Positions 50,892-56,561 of a stretch of 56,561 bases of DNA are shown here, in pieces. The stretch is from Rhynchobatus australiae (lineage: Eukaryota). The notes beneath the pieces are model-generated. The model did no database searches, was not told the origin of the DNA, and saw only the letters and a program-made list of their open reading frames with translations. The DNA is taken from contig JAUZTB010000033.1 in the NCBI GenBank assembly GCA_034780895.1, positions 42,704,756 through 42,761,316 of the forward strand, given 5' to 3'. The position numbers and the translations under genes were made by a program. Numbering within the stretch: the stretch's first letter is position 1; each line of letters starts with the position of its first letter.

Positions 50892-50981
50892 AGCGTCAAA
50901 ACTGGAGACCGAACACAATTGGGAACAACTTTCGGAGCCTGTTTCCACCCATCACAGCAGCAGGAACAACGAGAGGCCTGG
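50892..50981 (+). CDS. AMBRA1: AMBRA1 internal coding exon C (90 nt, phase 2 to 2) carrying the LIR-type motif WEQL
   Basis: Acceptor gtgttttcttctcctttgcag; donor GG|gtaaag. Translates ASKLETEHNWEQLSEPVSTHHSSRNNERP(G), roughly collinear with the recalled mammalian [31 protein letters not shown]. Phases match both neighbouring exons. Confidence 0.92.
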
Positions 50982-53169
50982 GTAAAGCTGGCTCAAACAT
51001 TCTGCTTTGGATGTGGATAGTATTCCTGTACTTTTTACTTATTTAAACTGAAATCTAAACAAAAACTACGCATGCTGGCAATCTGAAATACTCACTTCCG
51101 GCATTTTCTGTTTTTATTACTTATTTGAACTGTCGTTTAAAGTACGCAAAGTTATGATATTGAATTCAGGATACAGAAAAAGCAATAATATGCTGTTTTA
51201 AAAAATGAATCATAGTTTTCATTGGTGCCATATCAAAGAAATGCCACGGGCACCGTGAAGCAAATGACTTTCTCGCGTGCTATAAAATTCTACGATTCGA
51301 TTTATTAACCAACATATACTTCCGTAAGTGAGAATGATGACGAGGAGGAGAACGTAGCATCTCTCCTGGTCTCCGGTGGACAATTAACCAGTCGCACTCG
51401 AGGGCAGCAGGAGATTCTGAGTGATGAGGAGTTCTCTGATGAGCTGAGAGTATCCAATAATCTAAATAAAATGAAATTTAGTGGATTGCTCCGGCATGAA
51501 AATTGGGATGATTAAGAGCCCTTGAATTGTTTTGCACTAACGTTATAGCCACTCGCATTATTATTTGCCCGTACAGTGGTCGAATNNNNNNNNNNGGCAG
51601 TTCGCGATCGATCAGATAATTACCGACTGTTTAAGTTAGTAACACCAAACTTACATAGCACGACAAGAATATGAAAAGAGTGGGTCTCTGAACTTGGAGT
51701 TTGTCAGATACGGTCACGCCGTTGTACGGCCCTGTCCGTGACGCTCTCGAGCGGTACGGCTGTATATCTGGGTTCCCCGTAGCGTGAAGACTTCTTCGGT
51801 TGTTACCTCGGTTCTACTGTAAAATAGAATTTAAACAGAAACTGGATTCGTTATTTTACTAACCTTTTAATGAGCTCCAATACAGACCGATTAAAGGAAT
51901 CGGCCGGTGTGCTGTTATCGACAGACTTGATTGCACGTCAGGTTAACGTGGAGCAGAATTTAATCGAGCCATTGTAGTGCCTCATTGAGGTGAATTAATG
52001 AATGCTATTTTCAAAATGAAAGACGGTGATCCGGTTTGGAACTTGAATGACTACGGCTCTGTCAAGTCTGTCGATTCAGACATGTAGTTTCCTCGTCCTT
52101 TACCGACCGGGTACCGGAAGATATATTTTAACCCGTTTGCATTTACAGTGTGAGCAGATTCACGGGGAGAGTGTATCGTAGGATACTCCATATCGGATTT
52201 TTCATATTCGGCTGTTTCTTTTGGTTTTCTAGTATTTCCGTACTTACTGTTTCAAAAGTGTTAATTAAAAATGTCGGTGGTGCATTTCATCATCGATGAA
52301 TCTTGAATGTTCAAATGTCAGAGATATTCACGACTCTTTGACTGATAGAGCAGCAGGTTCAGCCCGGGGGTACGGCTTAACCAGTTCTCGAAGGAATTCA
52401 GCGATGGGTCAGCTCTGCACAGTGTAGGGCCTTGCCGATGAGGCGGGAAGCAGCTTTCTGGAGGAAGGTCATGCCCCGGGACTTTTACAAGACAGTAGGT
52501 GAGCTCGAGCGATTTGCTGTTCAGCGAAAGATCCGGGCCACTGCGTGCCGAGATGCCGCGGGTGAATCCGATGGGATCCACACAAATGCTGACAGAACGT
52601 AATTAGCGATGAATTGTACGGATGTAATTCACCACTAATTATCGAGTTACCCTCGCTCAAAACCTGTCGGAAGAAGCATCCGTGAGTGGTCGGGCATTGA
52701 ATCTCGGTCACGTGAAGTGAGAAAATCCCGGCGATCGTTCAGGACGCCGGATCCCCTGCACCAGCTCAGCCTTCCGAACCTTCGATGGTCCAGTCGTAGT
52801 TCTGCGTCACCTGCTCATCTTTTGCTATTTCACTCTCGTTCCCTGTTGCAGTAGGGTGACAGGCGCAATATGTGCCACGCGGTATTCAGGGACTCTATAA
52901 TGCCCTGAGATGCAACAATACGACCGATGTCCGTGGTGTAGTCATGAACTATTCGAACAGGAAATAAATGAACGGTATAGACTTTCTGTTAATAAAGGAG
53001 CAAAACTTAAGGTGAGTTCTATTTCCAAATAGCGTTGTGCTTCATAACGGAATGGAATGATGTTGTATTTGAGTATGTTAATTTCTGAGGATGTATTGCA
53101 TTCGTCGTCTGGGAATGCACAAAGAACTTCAAACGCGAAAGAAAAAAATGAGTTTACTGCATTAGTTTA

Positions 53170-53775
53170 CATTGCGAATAGCTACATATTTTAATAGTAG
53201 CTACACGAGCAGATCAGAGGCTGCGTATCGTACAACGAACGCCTCGCATCCTGACGCCACGAAGCATTTTCACGTCCGCAAGGCGCGAGTGATTGAATAC
53301 TCCCGACCGAGCAAGTGCAAGTGCAACACCGACAACCGTCAGAAAGTACGACGGGTGTCACGATGAAGCACCTTGCTCGATTGAGGCCCATTCACCTCCC
53401 TAAATATTCATCCCTCCGCCGCAGGCGCGTCGGTGACCGCGGGGTTTACCGCCCGCGAAATGTACTGCATTTCTTGCCGTGGCGAATTCAACAGCCCCTC
53501 CCAAACCCACGACCCGCGTAGCCAAGGAGAACTTTGGAATACCACCACCTGCAGATTCACTCCCAAGCTTCGCCCCATCCCGACGTGGAGACGTGTCACT
53601 CTTCCTTTGTCTTTATCGGGTCTAATCCCCGAAGCCCCCTGACCGACATCACAGATGGAGTAACTGCAGCAGTAGGGCTGCGATGGCTTGAGAAAGTGGC
53701 TCATCGGCACTTTCTCGAGGGCAGTAAGCAATAGGCGGTAAAAGCAGGCCTCAGCCGCGACACACGCATTGCCAG
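53170..53775 (+). mobile_element. LINE 3' end (CR1/L2 group)
   Basis: Peptide ..VIEYS.. plus blocks ccctcccaaacccacgacc, ggaataccaccacctgcagattc, and tail ggctcatcggcactttctcgagggcag..ggcggtaaaagcaggcctcagccgcgac. Confidence 0.7.
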
Positions 53776-54072
53776 TAAAGCTGCAGGAAGTCTCAGAGGC
53801 TCGTAACTTCCCTGTAGGACAACCAAACAGCCAGAGCCAACTCCTTCCCCTCGGTTTCGAGAAGTGACCGATTAGCATCGACAAAGATCTTTGTAGAGGT
53901 TGTCAAAGCCATCCTGGAAGATCAGCAAAGGTTTCAGAACAATTAACGGAGCAAGATGGGAATAAAAATGTCAATGGCGCAGCGAGCGGTAACGGGCGAC
54001 GACGGAGCCTGGCTAGTTGGACGAGCAGTGATCGGAATGCTTGTGTGAGTAACGATTCTGTTTCCATTCCAG

Positions 54073-54260
54073 GCCGAACAGAACTTCTTGGAGAACGGAC
54101 CGAGATATGGGACTAATGAATGCTATTGGTCTGCAGCCTCGAAACCCCGCCCCTTCTGTTACCTCGCAAGGAACCCAAACGCCATTGCCGCAGCTGCAGA
54201 ATGCAGAAACGCAGACAGACAGGGATTTACAGGAAGCTACCACTTCAGGGACCAGCCAGG
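54073..54260 (+). CDS. AMBRA1: AMBRA1 internal coding exon D (188 nt, phase 2 to 1) with two TQT motifs
   Basis: Acceptor ttctgtttccattccag; donor CAGG|gtaaga. Translates [62 protein letters not shown](G); overlaps ORF 54107..54292. Confidence 0.96.
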
Positions 54261-54394
54261 GTAAGAAACTGGAAATGATGGGCATGATCTAAATAAGCTA
54301 TAAAAATACCGAATGAGAGAACCGCGCTTTGTGTCAGTTTGGAGATGCCAAAAGAACCGATAGGGCGTAATCGATCCGAAGATTAGCCACGTGT

Positions 54395-54475
54395 CCGCCT
54401 CCGCAGATGCTGACTTGCTGAATATTGCCAGCGTTTTGTGCTTTTATTTCAGATCTCTGGCATCTGGAGATGTTT
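54395..54475 (+). repeat. Penelope-associated terminal repeat piece
   Basis: ctccgcagatgctgacttgctgaatattgccagcgttttgtgcttttatttcagatctctggcatctg; same family as 18620-18700. Confidence 0.6.
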
Positions 54476-55839
54476 GCCTTTCGAGAGATGTATGATTCCT
54501 AGGGATATTGCAGCCCGCTCAATCACTTGAGTTATTTATTTTAAAATATATTAATTTTCATTTGCGCCTCCTGAGTTCCTACTCGATTTCTGTGCTTAAC
54601 TTTGCAAATGCTCGACAGCAACAAAATCTCGGAAAACAAAATAGGGACGCGCAGGACAGTCGCACGCGCGTATCTCCAACGCACCTGAAAGGAGATGAGC
54701 ATCAATCACTTGAAGTGCAATATTATTACGTGACATGGCATCGGCTGTGGTGACGCTGCATTTATTTGATGATATTGGAAAAATTAAGGACGAGGAAATT
54801 TCATTCCAAACACTTTAGCTCATTCCTGCAGAATTTGATCTCCCAGTCCGGCATCAGGCTGTATGAAAAGTCTACCTCCTACCTGGGAGCTTTGTTGCAG
54901 GCAGTAATATCTCCCAGTGGTATTCTGGTCAAGATTTACTGTGCATTCCTTCATATTTTTAACACTGACCTCATTTTCGTGATATCTTCTTTTAACTCGG
55001 TCATTTAGTATTCCGTGACCAATTTTCCCCTTGTGAGAAACTACCGGGAACATAGCATTTTTCAACCTTTTCTGACAGGTCACGCACCTGTAATTTAAAA
55101 TGCAACTCTTCTCGCTACCTTTCTTTGTCGCCGAGCTGTTCTGTGTCGCACGCGACAGAACGTGATAAGTTCGCGTAGGTCTTCGGCGAAATCTCAGAAG
55201 ACGTGTATTCCGTCGTTCCAGCTGATCGACCGAGCAATTTGTCGCCGCTTGTAACTACCTTACCAGGACCCTTGGCATCGCAAGGGAAAATTCCTCTCTT
55301 ACACAAAGTCATTTGCACTCATTCCATTGTGATTTCCTTTTCCTCAACCTTGCGTGTTATTTTATCCAACAAAACCCAGTGGTGCAGTAGCCGCGAGGTG
55401 GTTGTCTTCGAGTCGAAGGAATTTACGTTGCGGTAAGGGAAAAACTGCTAGATTCATGACTCGCGAGCGTTATTTACTAGTTCAGGCTCGCCGTCCAGTC
55501 TGATCGACAAGCGACTCCGGTTTCCCACCACTTCAATGAGACTCGCTGCCCTCTGAGACGAGTGTTGACTAATATTGCCCCCTGAAGTCGCGCTCACACA
55601 ACTCAGGCTGTGAACTGTGTGTATGTGGGCCGATTGAATATATCCAACAATATGAATAGGGGATGGTCATCAGCGCGACCGTCTCCCTTTCTCGAGCCCT
55701 CAACCGAGCGTACGTCCCGACTGAAGTCGAGACGGCACGATAGATAATCAGTATACATGGAGATCGTTAAATAACACTTTGGTCAGAAGGAATCACTAAT
55801 AAACGTAGCGTTGGTTCTTCAAACATTGTTGAAGGGGAA

Positions 55840-56245
55840 AGCAGACTTCAGGTTATCGTACCGCATTTCGTGACCTCGAGACATCCCGAAGAACTTTGCG
55901 GCCAGCGATTCGCTGGTCGGAGTGCAGTCTCTTGGGTGGCGAGGGAAGTGCAACGGGGCAATTTTTATACTATGAGGTCAACCGACAGAATGAGATGAAT
56001 GGCCGAACTAAGGAATATTGCTCGGGGCAACGTGGAGAACCCTGCTTTTCAAAATAATGCAAATTTTTCGTCCGTCTCAAAGGGTAGAACGATCCTCGGT
56101 CTAAGGTCCGATCCAAAAGATAGGACCTCCAGCAGTGCACGATCTGCACTGTGGTGGCACTAATACGGCAGCCTGAAATAAACGCCCGAGTCTCTGGGTG
56201 TGAGATTTTTGGACTCGAGAGCGAGAGATCCACAAACAGCCGATC
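55840..56245 (-). mobile_element. Deu-SINE (SacSINE1/AmnSINE-like), decayed
   Basis: Ordered blocks tcgtgacctcgagacatcccgaag..., ggagaaccctgcttttcaaaataatgc, cctcggtctaaggtc..atccaaaagataggacctccagcagtgca, gcactaa..cagcctga match the Deu domain as recalled. Confidence 0.7.
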
Positions 56246-56334
56246 GCCGGCACGTTTCAAGCACCTGGGGTTACTTTGAAATGACAGATCTCGGGATTGC
56301 AACCCGTGCCACGCGCCGGCGAGGCGAGAAATAG

Positions 56335-56561
56335 GAAGGTAGTGCGGTTCAGCACGTGGCTGAGGAAATGGTGCAGCAGGGAGGGCTTCAGATTTTTGGA
56401 TCATTGGGGTCTCTTCCAGGGTAGGTAGGACCTGTATAAACGGAACGGCGTGCACCTGAAATGGAGGGCGACCGATATCCTTGCGGGAATGTTCGCTGGT
56501 GCTGCTCGGGGGAGAGGGGGGACGGATTTAAACCAGAGTTGCAGGGGGGCGGGAAGCACGG
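56335..56561 (+). mobile_element. CR1 ORF1 SGNH-esterase C-terminal fragment, running off the window
   Basis: Translates WLRKWCSREGFRFLDHWGLFQGR*DLYKRNGVHLKWRATDILAGMFA; the D/N-G-x-H-L motif is typical of CR1 ORF1 esterases. Confidence 0.85.

Noticed and set aside
51328-51515. Acidic protein-like frame (ENDDEEENVASLL..EILSDEEFSDEL) containing CTGATGAG
   Set aside because: No convincing acceptor/donor pair or start codon and no recognisable homology. The CTGATGAG lacks a stem II leading to GAAA, so it is not a hammerhead.
52330-52730. Possible LF-SINE-like relic on the minus strand (also 39240-39490)
   Set aside because: Only a weak tRNA-head-like resemblance by eye; cannot be supported without an HMM search.
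54261-56561. Search for the AMBRA1 terminal exon (..EDALSRIQRLMAEGG..)
   Set aside because: No such peptide found on the + strand; it presumably lies beyond the window.

Overview
Vertebrate genomic DNA from a gapped draft scaffold with many 100-N gaps of unknown size. The repeat families (V-SINE/HE1-like, Deu-SINE-like, CR1, L2, Penelope-like) point to a cartilaginous fish; that assignment is inference. The whole window lies inside one + strand gene, AMBRA1. Four consecutive late coding exons (2795-2949, 33468-33607, 50892-50981, 54073-54260) splice GT-AG with matching phases into one open frame. They cover the C-terminal WD40 part, the LIR motif and two LC8-binding TQT motifs; the upstream exons and the last exon lie outside the window. 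The rest is intron filled with decayed transposons: a Tigger/pogo transposase, CR1 and L2 LINE pieces, SINEs, two solo LTRs and Penelope remnants. Best second-look items: (1) a candidate recursive splice site with RS-exon and a candidate poison micro-exon in the 30.5 kb intron; (2) a Penelope-type minimal hammerhead ribozyme in sense orientation, in the loop of a long hairpin; (3) the LIR sitting on a skippable symmetric 90-nt exon; (4) two solo LTRs that could supply an antisense promoter and a sense polyA signal. I found no clear wholly new multi-gene system. Repeat boundaries are approximate and family names come from recalled motifs, not from searches.
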